The notes below the pieces were generated by a model that saw nothing but the letters and a program-made list of their open reading frames with translations, was not told the DNA's origin and did no database searches. The translations under genes and the position numbers were made by a program. From Gouania willdenowi (taxonomy: Eukaryota), in the NCBI RefSeq assembly GCF_900634775.1, contig NC_041064.1:1508717-1572716 (forward strand): DNA of 64,000 nt, written 5' to 3'. Positions 32,750-46,011 of this stretch are shown one piece after another (position 1 is the stretch's first letter; each line of letters begins with the position of its first letter).

Positions 32750-35700
32750 ACAGACAGAGTCTTTTATTAACCATACTGACCTTTACATTATTTAAGTTCT
32801 ATTTCATAATATTTCGTGAGATGTCTTGCTATGGGATGTTGCCTCTGCTACATTCCTCAGAATACCTACAGTATTTCACTTTGCCAATCCTGATTGGCCG
32901 GTGAAGCGCATCAGTCCGATGGGAGAACCTCCCACCTCCTACAGCAGGAGGGAACGGACAGGTGCGTGTCATTCTTAAACTTCTTCTCCACTCAGCTACC
33001 TTGCATATTTTTGGCTCTGACCAGTTTAACTGTTCGCAGGTGGGATTTTCTTTTTTCTTGCCGACAAACTCTGGCAGGGCTAATGCCTAGCATTAGACCA
33101 CACCAGGTCAGAAGGTCAGGTTTACCAGCTCTTACCTCCCTCTGCGTGGTGAGGTGCTGTCCTTCACTGCAGCAAGGCGTGAAGCTCCGACTGTCTGTTC
33201 CCTCCAATGCTGCCGCTCCGGCGTGCACGTTGACCCAAGCGGCCTCTCACTACGGTGACAGCTCCGCTGCTAGCTCTGGGCCATAATACTAGAGCTCCCA
33301 GACCCCAGCTCACCATAGCTGCCGTTCCAGACCACAGCCCACGTTGCCCCTGGGCTCCTGCACACGTTGGTCTCCCTTCTTTGCCCACACCTTGGTGTCT
33401 GGCCCGGACCCAGCTCCTATACCACGGTGTACAAGCTGCAAAACTCCAGCGACCCAGCTGCTGTTCAGAGGCGACGCTGTCCTCGACATCTTGAATGCTC
33501 TGGAACACGCTGTCCTGCATCCCTGCTCGCACCAGTGCTAGCCACCACGTGATAGCACAAGCTAAACTACCTGCTCTCCTGCCTGTATCAGCAGCCATGG
33601 AAGACGAGGCTCCTCTGACCGAGGGAACGGGATGCGTCATGGCTCGTCTTTGTCCATGCGGTGGAAAAATATCTAGCAAGGACAGACACAAGACCTGCTC
33701 CGGGTGCCTGGGCATCGAGCACGCCCCGATGGCTATTGAATACCTGGCGTCCTGCAAGCACTGTGCCACATTCAGTGCCCGGTACCTCCCCTGGAGACTG
33801 ATGCAGCTCCTGAGATTCGAGCAAGGCCCCTCTTCCTCCACACATGACACAATCGCGGTGGACGCAGTGAAGACGGTCCCCAGCTGAACTTGGCAGATAT
33901 CTACCCCCCGACAAGGATGTCCTCATTATTGACTGTGGATATCTTGATGGGAACTCCTCCGACCCACCGCTCTCCGAGATGGATGAAGGGGACTGCGGAC
34001 TGCTCAGGATGCCACAGGTGGAACCGCTCGTTGTGGCACACCTTCTCCCATGCCAGCTTGCTGTGTCTCCACGGATGCCGTCGAGATGAGACCGTCTGCA
34101 GTCGGACCTGTCCCATAGGACTTATGCAGCCACTGCCCTCTTGGTCAGGGCCATGAATGTCCTCTCCCTGCTCACCGCCTACCAGGCTGAACTTTGTGAG
34201 GATTTCACTGCGTCCCACAAGCCTGCGATAATAGAGGAGATGTCTATGGTGACGAATGTGTGCCTCTGTACCCAGCCTGCTCACTACAGACTATGGGGAA
34301 AGTCATGGGCAATATGGTGATCCAGGAGCGTGCTCGCTGGCTCGACCTTGCTTGGCTGACAGACGCCGAAAGATGCCCTGTTTTCAATGCAGTGGCACTG
34401 CAAAGCGAAGAAGAGGGAGGATGAGGCTCTGCGCCTGTGCCTCCCTAGGAAGCCTCCGCTTGCGTCTCCGCCTGTTCCTACCCAGGGTCCGCTGGTCAAG
34501 ACACCGAGACCCTTCGCTCCACTTCTGCAACCTCAGTGGGCCCGCCTGCCTGGCCCGGGAAATCCTCGGCCCCAGCTACTGATGCACCAGTCCCAGCGTG
34601 CAAGGCACGGAGAATGAAAAAGTCGGCCTGACCGCTTTCTTCTCCCACCCCGTGTCAAAAACAGAGTGATGTGCTCATAACTCAATCCTCTGGGCCAATG
34701 GCCAGAGGCATCCCCAAATGTGAAAGCGTTGTCTGCCACAATAAACAGGGTGATGGCGGGACTCATTATCTCCACTCGAAGGGAGGCTTTAGCCTCTTCC
34801 TGTCGGAGACGGCACTCCACTCGTGATCTCTCTGTTCCCTGGAACAAGCAGTGCATGCTTGCTCCGAGGGGTGTTGCGCTGGCAGCGGGGCTCCTCCACT
34901 GTGGGAACAGTTCCTCTGGGGTCGTGTGGCCCGCCGCTAGAGTCTCTGCCATTGCGTGGGCAAGCCGCCTGCGGCTATGTGGAGGCGCCATCTCGGCCCT
35001 CATGAGTTGGGAGGATGCCACCTAATGGGTTGAGAGGATGCCACCACTCCGCTGACGGCGCCTCTCTGTGAGGGCACCGGAGAACCTGTCCTCTTTTTCC
35101 CTGAGAATAGACAGATGGAAGGCTCTTGCAGCCCCGTCCTGGGTGTTACGGATGTTATCGAAGGGTTACAGACTGCATTTTGCATCGGTCCCTCTCGGTT
35201 TTGCCGGCATAGTGCACTCCCGGGCCTGGGGAGATTTGGGCCACATTCTACACTCGCAAATTTCCTCTCTGTTGCACAAAGGAGCTGTGCAGGGATCTGC
35301 TGTCGCAGGCGGAAGGCACGGTTTTCCATCCATGCCCAGAGAGTCTGGTACTGTGGGCCTGGCCCCTGAGTGGCACAATCTGTTGGCTGTAGGGTTATCA
35401 CAGGTCGTGATCTCTACCATACAGAGCGCTCGAGTCTCGTCTACTAGGTCTTTTAAATATTTTAAGTGGAAGGTATTTGAGAACTGGTGTCTCCAGGGAG
35501 GTCACATTCTTTTCCAGTGCCTGGTGGGTGTGATTCTGTCATTATTGCAGGGCCTGATTGACACGTGCAAAGCCTTTTCCATGGGGAAAGTGTATTTGGC
35601 GGCGATCACCGCCTGTCACATGGGCTTTGCGGACAAACCGGCGAATCAGCATCTGCTGATATGCAGCTTTATGAAGGGTGAGTGCAGGTTCCTCCCCGTG

Positions 35701-36740
35701 TCCAGATTGATGGTTCCGCCATGGGATCTGGCGGTTGTTCTGGAGTGTTTTAAGGGACCCCCGTTCGAACCGATGGTTGAAGACAGACCTGAAATTTGCC
35801 TCCCTTAACGCTGTCTTGTTACTGGCTCTGGCTTCGACCAAGAGGATCAGTGACATCCATGCACTCTCGGTTCACCCGTCGTGCACTCAGCTTTCCTCAG
35901 GTGACGCAAGGATCATTCTGAGACCCAACCTTTGTGCCGAAGGTGGTGGGCTCATGTTCTCCCATTGACCTGCTGGCCTTTTCTGCCTCACAGGGTGATC
36001 AGCGGCCTCATTTATTGTGTCCTGTTCGTGCGATCCATACTTATATGGATAGGACAAGGACCCTCAGGAGGAGCAATGAGCTGTTCGTCTCCTGGGCCAA
36101 CTTTCATAAGGGGAAGCCTCTGTCAAAGTAACGCCTGTCATACTGGGTGGTGGAGGCTATTGCTTTGGCTTACTCGAATCAGAGTCTGCAGCCGCCTACA
36201 GGACTTGCCACATCCTGGGCCTTGTTCAGGGGGTGTCTGTCCAGGACATCTGTGCGCCGGCGAGCTAGTCCTCGCCCCACACCTTTGTCCGCTGTTACAT
36301 GATGGACGTATCAGCCTTGTGCGTGGCGCGGGCAGTCTCACTGTCCTGATGTTCCTGCCCCCATGAGCTGGTGACGCTTGGTAAGCTTGTCTGCACTACT
36401 GGAGTTCCCATATCCCATAGTGAGCCATCTCACAAAATATTATCAAATAGAACCATAGATTTCTTTCGTAACCCCAGTTTTATGAGTAATATGAGTGAGA
36501 TGTCTCACCAGACTGCCCTTTTTTCTCGAACAAGAATAAAAGGTTTGCTTACTAAAAATGACACGCATCTGTTCTTCCCCTCCTCTTATAAAAGGCGGGA
36601 GGTTCTCCCATCGGACTGATGCATTTCACCGGCCAATCAGGATTGGCAAAGTGAAATAGGTATTCTGAAGCATATTGCAGAGGCGACATCCCATAGTGAG
36701 ACATCTCATTCATATTACTCATAGAAGCAGGGTTACGAAA
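32750..36740 (+). mobile_element. DIRS/Crypton-type YR element, copy B, without the nested LINE. It has ITRs and the YR gene in several frameshifted pieces.
   Basis: Left ITR 32810..32980, right ITR/hairpins 36400..36720. YR pieces are at 34720..35025, 35068..35808, 35735..35968 and 35934..36131, then …SSPHTFVRCYM… at ~36270..36310. Confidence 0.6.
34720..36310 (+). pseudogene. Tyrosine recombinase gene of DIRS-like copy B (multiple frameshifts)
   Basis: Same motifs as copy A, and the C-terminus is contiguous here. Confidence 0.6.
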
Positions 36741-37329
36741 GTAACCTATAGTTTATGATATCTGTGAGAGTTAAGCATTATCTGGTTGAGCTATAAAAAA
36801 ATTTGAAAAAGGGTGCCACCCTTAACTGGCCTCATATTGGCTCTATTTTTTTACTCAATAACAAATACAAGTTCAAATTGAGCAAACTACAATACTTCCA
36901 AAACAACATACTCAAGTAAAAGTAAACAAAAAATGTGCTCCTGCGATTTTGGTATTGCTGGCGTACTAGCCAAATCCATGACTTGGCTACCTTGACAGGT
37001 TGATAAAGGGCTGAGTGGCTGATGCGCCCACCGTGTACACCTTTCACTGTCAAGTTGAGATAAATCATGTACAACTTCTTGATGTATAATTATTTTCTCT
37101 TTATTTTATGCTTTATTGCTTCCAAACCAACGTGTCCATTAAAACAATCAGTTCACCTGTAAACCTCTGCAATTCACATGGTATAGCATCAAACAGTGTT
37201 CGTGGTGTTGCGAGCAGAAACCGTTTGAGCTCCACCCCGTAGAGCAACTAACGGAAGCGGCATCACATATATAGTCTGTGATATGCTCAATTAAAACCCA
37301 CACTTGTATACACCAATAAAATGGCCATT

Positions 37330-38110
37330 TCAGCTGGTATGAGCCTGCCATTAATGGAGGTCCCATTTGAAGGTATAGGAATGGACCTCAGCAGGCCATT
37401 TCACCGGAGCGCCCCGAGTAATCGCTTTGTATTATTCTTAGTAGATTATACAACGTGATATTCCGAAGCAGTGTTGCTGCAAAGAGTGTGGCTCAGGGAA
37501 TATTTCTTGTCATCTCCAGGGTCACGCACATTGAAATAACTGTACAAATTACTGAGGATCAAATCTATTCAGACCAGTGTATATCACCCACAGACCAATG
37601 TGCTTGTGGAGCATCCTGAATAAGACTTTGAAAAACATGAACGCTAAATTAATTACTGTTGATGAACGTAATTTGGATCACTGGCTTAACCCTCTGTTTT
37701 CCGCAGTGGGGGACGTTCCCCAGGCCTCACGCCACCTTCCAACGTTTGATGCTCCCTGAACCCACACACTGCCTAAGCAGCTAATGATGTGATAATTTAC
37801 AGGGTGGAGCGTGTCAGTCGTGTTGGGTAAATTGAGTCAGGTGGGGCTCACGGCCAACCCAAAGAAGGGTGCTGTACGGTATCTGGGGTACCACTTGGGT
37901 TGTGGACAGGCCTTTGGTAGTTAAATTGGCAGTGGTTGTGGCCTGTCCACGGCCCCAGTTCAAAAAAGACATGAAGGGGTTCTAAGGTATGGCTATAGTT
38001 AATTCTGAACTTTGTTGACCAGACTGTCCCCCTAACCGACCTTACGCGCAAAGGTGCCTGAGATCCAGTCCAGTGGACAAAACAGTGTAAGCAGGCGTTT
38101 AAACAGGTAA
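37330..38110 (+). pseudogene. Internally deleted gypsy-like pol fragment (INT N-terminal core joined to the RT-end/RNase H start) immediately upstream of the TAAR paralog 4 promoter
   Basis: …MDLSRPFHRSAPSNRFVLFLVDYTT*YSEAVLLQ… at 37380..37480, and ORF 37577..37759 …DERNLDHWLNPLFSAVGDVPQAS… Then 37860..38110 aligns with 54700..54950. Confidence 0.5.
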
Positions 38111-38346
38111 AAAAACTCTGTGGTGATCATTTTTAGGATTACACAGAGCATTTCAACTCACAACATTGTCACTTTTATCTGGAACTAGAATTTTTGTTAA
38201 ATTTGCAGCTTTTTTTTATTGTGGGTGGTCTTTTCAAAAAACCTCACAGAATAAGCAAAAACAACCCAGAGGTCAAATCATCTAAATATTCATTCAAAAA
38301 GGAAGTTACCAGATCAAAGGAGGGCGGAGCAATGAAAAAAAAGGTT

Positions 38347-38352
38347 TTATAA
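38347..38352 (+). promoter_or_regulatory. TATAAA box upstream of TAAR paralog 4
   Basis: Conserved promoter. Confidence 0.5.
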
Positions 38353-38391
38353 ATCAGTGCAACATTAGAGTGAGAGGCAGAGGGGTCAAAG

Positions 38392-39480
38392 ATGGCAACC
38401 GTTGATGACGCTGAGTTCTGCTTTTCAAATCTTAACTCATCGTGCAGGAGGATCGTGCGTCCTCACTCAGTCTCTGTGCTGATTTATATCACCCTCTCCT
38501 CCATCTCTGTGATGACTGTGAACCTCAACCTGCTGGTCATCATCTCCATCTCACACTTCAGGTATTTAAATATTCTTTCACAGTGTTTAGGAGGTTCTGT
38601 TTTCATAAAATCTGATCTGACTTTTCTTTATCTCTCACTTTTCAGGAAGCTCCACACTCCCACCAACCTCCTCCTCCTCTCTCTGGCTATCTCAGATTTC
38701 TTCGTGGGCATCCTTATGATCTTCCAAATATCAGTTATTGATGGTTGTTGGTTGTTTGGGGCGCTGTTGTGTTTTGTGTATTATTATTTGGATTTTATCT
38801 TCACCTCAGCTTCAATAGGAACAATGGTTCTGCTCTCAGTGGATCGCTACGTGGCAGTGTGTGAACCTCTGCAGTATCCCACTAAAGTCACAGCAAACAG
38901 AGTGAAAGTATGTGTTTCTCTGTGCTGGATCATTTCTGTTTTCTGTCAATCTTTTCTTCTTAAAGATAACCTGGAACAACCAGGCCAGTACAGCACGTGC
39001 CTTGGGGAGTGTGTAGTAGTTGTCAGTTATGTTGGTAGCATTGTAGATGTTATCCTGTCATTTATTGGACCTGTTATTGTCATCGTACTGATGTCTCTGA
39101 GGGTGTTTGTGGTGGCTTTGTCTCATGCTCATTCTATGCGTTCTCATGTTGCATCTGTGAGACCTGCACACGAGTCCCAATTCACCACAAAGAAATCTGA
39201 GCTTAAAGCTTTCAGCACAATCAGCGTTGTCATTGTGGTTTTCCTCCTGTGCATTAGTCCATATTTTTGCATTTCTCTGACCGGAGCAGACAATGTTTTA
39301 AATGCTTCCGCTTTGACTTTTGTGACTTGTCTGTTTTACCTGAACTCACTTTTCAACCCTCTGATCTATGCACTGTTTTACCCCTGGTTCAGAAAGTCCA
39401 TCAAGCTCATTGTTACCTTTCAGATAATGAAGCCTGGCTCCAGTGATATTAACCTGCTGCACAGAGAGCGGAAACGCTGA
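38392..39480 (+). CDS. TAAR-family olfactory GPCR, paralog 4. Exons 38392..38561 and 38646..39480.
   Basis: Distinct residues: ISVIDG, CFVYYYLDF, ISVFCQSF, TM6 CISPYFCISLTGADNVLNASALTFVTC. Confidence 0.9.
   Translation: MATVDDAEFCFSNLNSSCRRIVRPHSVSVLIYITLSSISVMTVNLNLLVIISISHFRYLNILSQCLGGSVFIKSDLTFLYLSLFRKLHTPTNLLLLSLAISDFFVGILMIFQISVIDGCWLFGALLCFVYYYLDFIFTSASIGTMVLLSVDRYVAVCEPLQYPTKVTANRVKVCVSLCWIISVFCQSFLLKDNLEQPGQYSTCLGECVVVVSYVGSIVDVILSFIGPVIVIVLMSLRVFVVALSHAHSMRSHVASVRPAHESQFTTKKSELKAFSTISVVIVVFLLCISPYFCISLTGADNVLNASALTFVTCLFYLNSLFNPLIYALFYPWFRKSIKLIVTFQIMKPGSSDINLLHRERKR
38562..38645 (+). other. 84-bp in-frame intron of TAAR paralog 4
   Basis: Coordinates verified. Confidence 0.8.
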
Positions 39481-40494
39481 CAAAGCAGCCTTTGTTCACC
39501 ATCATCATCTTTAATTTGACATTAAAAAATGAATGTGTCATTAAATCAAATATTGCTACAGGAGAAACACACTGACTCCTTAAGTTTGTCAAGGTCACAA
39601 TGTATTTATTTGCTATTTTAGATTGTTTACAGTCAGGCCCCTCATGCTTTAAACAATGACAAAATTTCCAGCATTTTGTATGCCAAAATAAATTATTTTT
39701 TTTTTGTTAATGCAGTAAAGTTTAAACCAATGATTGTTTAATTCTAAACCAGGTTAATGTTGCTCATTTCTATGTGTCCTTCACTGATTATCAGTGTTTG
39801 TTCCTGATTTTTGAGAGCTGCTGTCCAGCTTGTTTTCAGTGTTTCTCAGCTTTAACACACCTGAATGTATTGAGCAGAACTTTAGACGTTCAGCTGAACT
39901 GTTGAGGTGAATGCACTTTAGATGTATTTATGTTGGAGCAGAGGGTCATCAAGAACATGCAGAACAGTCACCCTCAGGAACCAGGAATGAGTCAACCTGG
40001 TTCTAAAAGTCCAAAGTAAATCAGAAATGCTGCCTGGCTCTTTTTTAAAGGTGTGTTTGATTCCTGGTGGTGATGTACGGAGCCTATATGTTAAATATAA
40101 CATCACTGTCTCTTTATTAGACCTGATTGTGATTAATGAGTTGATTGTCTTCATGTCCCTATAATAACTGACATCTCTGTGTTTTTGACAATATTTGGAG
40201 ATTATTATTGTATTTCAGTCTCCATGTAAATGTTCCATCAGCCTGCGCACTGTAACGCTGTTTGTAGCTCTGAGCTTTTTTCACATTGGTTTCTAAATAA
40301 ACGTTGCTTCATGAAACCTTGTCCAGCAGAGTTTTCATCTTATTTAACAATGGAATGAACAGGGAAAAGACAAAGGACAGTTTGTAATAAACCCTGAAGA
40401 TCAAATATTTACAGATGTAAAGCTTTTACTCCTTTAATGATTAAAAACCTAACATTATCTTAACATTTTGGTTTCAATTAAAATAAAAAGATCT

Positions 40495-40640
40495 AGAAAA
40501 TCACATTTTTAATGAATTCATTTGCAAATTATGGTGGAAAATAAGTATTTGGTCATTAACAAAAGTTAATCTCAATACTTTGTAATGTACCCTTTGTTGT
40601 CAATGACAGAGGTCAGACGTTTTCCGTACATACCTGTCAA
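40495..40640. mobile_element. Solo fragment of a Tc1-like inverted repeat
   Basis: …aaaatcacatttttaatgaattcatttgcaaattatggtggaaaataagtatttggtca… matches the inner IR of the Tc1-like copy at 51577..52981. Confidence 0.6.
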
Positions 40641-40984
40641 AATATAAGCTCCAGTATCCCATATATATTTTAATATAGATGTACAAGAAATCTAAAATAT
40701 CCACTTATCAACCACTTACTAAATACAATTATGTGATTAGAATCTTGTAGGTCGACCTTTATCAACATTGAAATGCTGTGAACATTCCTATTAGGGCTGG
40801 GTGATATGGACCAAAACTCATATCTCAATATATTTTCTCAAAATGGTGATATATGATATAAATCTAGATAATTTTATTTCGAATGAAGTCTGAGAAGAAA
40901 GAGAATTCTGAGTTAAATTTGCTCATCCAAAATGCTACACATGTTCATTTATTAACAAACACCCGCACAATATATAAATATTTT

Positions 40985-43900
40985 TTTTATTTATTCAGTT
41001 TATTTCCGACATGGTTGCATTCGCATTTTTTTTTTTTTTGTACATGCCGAAAAAGGAGACGAGAGAAGCAGGTTGCTTATCCGAGTCCCGTCCCCTATTA
41101 TGAACACAGAAAATTTACATCAGAGCTCGTCTCTCTGGTCAAACATTCTTTGGTTCTGAACACGATTTCATTTTTTTTTTTTTTTTGTCCTTTTTTGTGT
41201 AGGATTTAATTCTCATCTGTAGTCAGTGTTGTCTTTTTTTTTTTTTTTTATTCTTCCTCTCCATCGTTGTTCGTGTCGTCCTTCTTCCCCGTAGATTTCA
41301 TTCCCAGACGTTGTTTGTGTTCCTCCAGTTCAAAAGAAAAGTTCATCTTCTTTCTCATTGATGTGTTGATCTCGTATTCTTGCAAAAATGTCTTCCAAGT
41401 TTTTTCTTTATATCTCGCCAAGTTTGCAGCTTGTTTTGTCTCTGCATCAAGGTTATTCCAGCTGGTAATAGCTCTATTGACAGTGCTGTATTTTACAATG
41501 TTAGATTTAACCCTTTCTTGTATAATCACATTATTATGTCTTAGTTCATAAGCAGTGTGTTTGTATGTGAAACGTTTTTGTATTTGATATGGGAGTGTTT
41601 TAAGTGAGGCCCTAAATGCGAGAATTTGTGTGTTGTAGTGTATTATTTCTTGCAGTTTTAGGTATTTGGCCTTTTCAAATAGTTCATTTGTGTGTGTGTT
41701 GTGTGGTGCTTTATATAAAATCCTAATTGCTTTTTTTGTAGTTTAAATAAAGGTTCAAGATACATTTTGTAGGTGTTTCCCCAGATTTCTGAGCAGTAAT
41801 TTAAATGTGACCCAATAAGGGAAGAATAGATTGTCTTCAGTGATGTTGTTTGTAGTATTTGTTGTAATTTCCATAGGATGAAGCTGCTTTTAGCAACTTT
41901 GTTTTTAACTACTTGTATGTGTTTTTTCCAGGTCAGTTTCTCATCTATCCACACTCCTAGTGCTCTATATTCTTTTACTTGTTCTATTATATCCATGTCT
42001 AGTTTCAGTCTAATATTTTCTGTTATTTTTTTATTTCCAAAGCTGATGAATTTTGTTTTGCTGACGTTTAGGGCTAGTTTATTTACATTGAGCCATGTTT
42101 GGATTTTTGATAGTTCCTCATTCGTCGTTTCTATTAGAGTTTTAATGTCTTTACCTGAACATAGAATGGTTGTGTCGTCTGCAAACAGCGTTAGTTTAAG
42201 GCAATTTGAGACTTTGAAAATGTCGTTTATTTATAGAATGAACAGTTTTGGCCCTAAAATCTAACCCTGTGGTACACCACATTGTATGGTTTGGCATATT
42301 GATATGTTTTGTTCAAAGTCCACATATTGGTTCCTATTTCTCATATAACTTTTAACCCAGTTTAAGGCGTTGTGCCTAATGCTGTAGTTTTGAAGTTTTT
42401 CTTCCAGAATATCATGGTTTATTGTGTCAAATGCTTTTTTAAGGTCCAAAAAAATGCTGAATACAAATAAATTGTTTTCTAATGCATCTCTTATATTTCC
42501 CGTGGTATCAGTTATAGCCATTGCTGTTGAACGTCCTTTTCTGAACCCATATTGGCCTTCATGTAATATATTATTCTCTTCTATGAATTTGTCCAGCCTT
42601 TTCATGAACAGTTTTTCTAGAAGTTTTGATAATTGAGGTAATATTGAAATAGGTCGATAGTTGGTGAAATCTCGTTTGTCTCCACTCTTGTGGATCAGTC
42701 TGATTTTTGTGATTTTCATTTGGTCTGGGAAAATACCATTTTTGAATGAGAGATTGCTGATATATGTTAGCGGTGGTGTCATTTCAGCTGTTATAGTTTT
42801 TAGTAGACTCATAGTTAGATTATTAACGTCTCTGGATTTTTTTGAATTACAGTTTGTAATGATTGCTTTCACCTCTGCTTCCGTTACTTCTTCAAGTGTT
42901 AAATACTTATCATTCTCTATATTCTCACTGTCAAAATGGTTCCATTTAAGTGTTGGATGTTGATAGATTCCTCTCCCAGTCTCCATTCCAATATTTATAA
43001 AGAAATTATTAAGTTCTTCTGCGATTTTTTTTCTTATTGTATTCCTTTAAGTTGTTTATTATAAAATGATCTGTGGCTTCTTCTTTGCTTTTACGCATAG
43101 TTATGGAATTTACAATTTCCCAAAGTTTTTGGTTTTTGTTTTTATTCTTTTAATTGTTTTTCATAATATTCTCTTTTTTTTTCTCTTAGGAGAGTGTTGA
43201 CTTTGTTTCTGTATTTTTTGTATCGTAGTTCTGTTTTCAATGTTTTATCTTTAAGATATTTTTTATATAGTGTTTTTTTTTTTTTGGATGTGTTTGCTAA
43301 TTTTTTATCAATCCAGGGTATTGTGTTTGTCTTATGGTTGATTGTTATTTGTTTCAAAGGGCAGCATTTATCATATATTGTAGTTATTATGTCAGTGAAT
43401 GTGTCATATGCTCTGTTCACCTCCTGTTTTGTGTAAACCTCCTTCCACGTTTCTGTTCTTATCTGTTGTTTAAAGTTTTCTAGCTGTTTTTCTCCTTCCA
43501 GTCTTTTGTATGTTTTTGGTTCTAGTGTTTGTAGGTGGATGCTGTCGTTAGTATTAACTATTGTAAATATTGGTAGATGGTCAGAGATGCCATTTATTAA
43601 TATTCCATTGGTTAGATCTGAATTTTGTATGTTTGTGAAGATGTTGTCTATCAGTGTTGAGCTGTGTTTATTGATTCTAGTTGGTTTCGTTATAAGAGGT
43701 TTTAGTCCATTTGTGTACATGTAGTTAATGAAGTCTTCGATGTGTGTGTTTTTTAAGGGATTTACAATGTTTATATTGAAGTCTCCACAGATCAATATGC
43801 TCTAGTGTTTAGCCTTTTCTATTATTTTGGTTAGGTTCTCATTAAATATGTCTATTTTGCAATTAGGAGCTCGATACAAACAACAGATTAATATGTTCTC

Positions 43901-45240
43901 TCCCTTTGGTCTCGTTATTTTTACTGTTACACATTCCATTACTCCTTCCACAGTTGTACTCATCGACTCTAGTATCTCCATTTCATTGTTATCTTTGATG
44001 TATAATGCCACCCCACCACCTTGCTTATATAATCTGTTTTTACAGACAAATTTATATCCTTTTATCGTAAAATTCATACCTTTCTCTTCATTTAACCAAG
44101 TTTCTGACAGTGCTATTATTTCAAACTTGTACAAGGTTGTAATGTAATCCTTAATGTTTTCAAAATTTGCATACATACTACGACAATTGAAATGAATAAG
44201 TGACAGACCTTTTTTACTCTTGGTTTCCACATTGAATTCATTGTCCGTAAAGTAAGCACAGTCTGAGTCTTGTTTCCAGTGTTTATATAGATCTGGATCC
44301 ATGTCCGTGTTTACCATCAGTAATGTTGTTGTTTAGGTGGATCCTTCGTATTTTCCCAAGTCTTCCATCGTTTTGATGAGGATTGGTTTCCCGTTCTCTT
44401 CTCCCAGTGGTGTGATATAAATCCTGCAGTTTCTTGTCCACGTCCTCAGAATTTTTCCTCCTTTTTTTATTTGGCGTGCCTTCCATGCGATGCTTGCATT
44501 TTGTTTAGTCAGGTTTTCATTGATGTACACCTTCGTTCCCTTCAGTTTATTTCCTTGCTTCAGTAGTTGCCCTTTAAATTTCATATTCGTGAAAGTGATT
44601 TTTACAGCTCTGTTATCATTACGCTTTGGCAGGAGATGGCAGGAGTTGATGTTGTCAGGGTTCAACACAATGTCCTTCGACTCCAAGTAGTCAACGACCT
44701 GTTGTTCAATCGATTTTGTGTCTTCGTCATTCGGTTCCGTTGCCTGTCTCAACGCACACGCGTAACTCCTGGGTATTATCTTTAGGCCTGTAATGATGAC
44801 ATCTTTCTCTCTTTCCTTTTGTTCCAGCTCTTCGACCCTCGCGTTCAACAGTTTTATTTCTTCAGCATTCTTCTCATTCTGTTGTTTCAGTACCTTTGCT
44901 TCACTTTGAAGGTTTTCCAGTGATTTTTCCAGCGTCTTTTCCAACGACTTTATCTCGGCTGTTATCCGTGTAGATAGATCGTCTTTGATAGAAGATAGAT
45001 CGTCTTTGAGGTTTCGTATCATCTCCTTGACCTCTTCCAAACCTGGATCAGGTTCTGTAGCGCCTGCAGGCGGTTTTTTTACCATTTTTCTTTTCATCTT
45101 GGGCCCAAGTTTTATTTCTCAGGCTGTCCAGCTGCAGCTGTAAGCTGTTAATCTCACAAGGTTGTGTTATCGGAGCGAGTGAACACACGTCCTCTCTCTT
45201 CGAAGACCAGAGAGAAGTGAATATGGGCCACTTTTGTTTT
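40985..45240 (-). mobile_element. Near full-length but decayed L1/Tx1-like LINE. Contents: 5'UTR, ORF1 (intact), ORF2 APE endonuclease + RT + C-terminal domain split by frameshifts, and a 3'UTR with internal poly-A.
   Basis: ORF1 is at 44333..45097. APE pieces are at 43802..44317 (…LSLIHFNCRSMYANF…IIALSETWL…GGGVALYIKDN…) and 43142..43795. RT pieces are at 42261..42986 (…YRPISILPQLSKLLEKLF…GQYGFRKGRST…FLDLKKAFDTINHDIL…) and 41658..41996. The C-terminal piece is at 41248..41529. Poly-T runs on + at 41161..41185 and 41237..41255. Confidence 0.75.
44333..45097 (-). CDS. LINE ORF1 protein (coiled-coil), apparently intact
   Basis: 254 aa, homologous to 4717..5409. Confidence 0.6.
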   Translation of the reverse strand: MKRKMVKKPPAGATEPDPGLEEVKEMIRNLKDDLSSIKDDLSTRITAEIKSLEKTLEKSLENLQSEAKVLKQQNEKNAEEIKLLNARVEELEQKEREKDVIITGLKIIPRSYACALRQATEPNDEDTKSIEQQVVDYLESKDIVLNPDNINSCHLLPKRNDNRAVKITFTNMKFKGQLLKQGNKLKGTKVYINENLTKQNASIAWKARQIKKGGKILRTWTRNCRIYITPLGEENGKPILIKTMEDLGKYEGST

Positions 45241-46011
45241 TTTCTCCTGTAAGGGACAGCATGTGTGAGTGATATGTAATCTGTAATATGGCTTGTTATG
45301 GGAAAGCTCTGAGTTAGGACTCTGTTCTGAGAAGTAAAAGCAGTGACTCTTAAAACTAGTATTTTGATACTGTTATGGTCATTTTTATATTCATCATCAT
45401 ATCCTCAAATGTATGTTCATGTGTACAATTTGTCATGTTTTAATACATGAAGACTCCATTACTCTTTACACTTTTGAACAGCTGAATCATGATTAAACAG
45501 TACAGAGCGTACTCAGTGCACAGAGCCAAGGCCAGAGTCTCTGCTCGCATGCAGCACACACTATCAAGGAGATAAGAGTGGCGCACATCTTCTTCATAAC
45601 ATAACATCTTCATCATCCTCCAACATTTCCACTATGGGCATCTGACTCCCTCCCTTTTGTCTCTCACTGTTGGGACCTTTTCTTATCTGTATAAAACCTT
45701 AAGCTGAAACTGTTAGGGCGCGGCACTTCCTTCGGACGTCCGCCTGGACGGACGCTAACTTTGTTCCATCTTGTACCTTTTTTCTTAGTTTAGAATAAAC
45801 TTTTTTTATATAAAATCATCAATGCTTCTCCTGGACTCCATCATTCAACCAGAGCAATGAATCATGTCTCCAAATGAGGTCAACCGTAAATTCAGCCGTA
45901 ACAATACAAAATAAGCTATTATATATCATAGAAAACTCAATACATCTTAAATCTCGATATATTGCCCAGTCCTAATTCCTAAATTATAAAACAGCCTAAA
46001 TTAAAACATAA

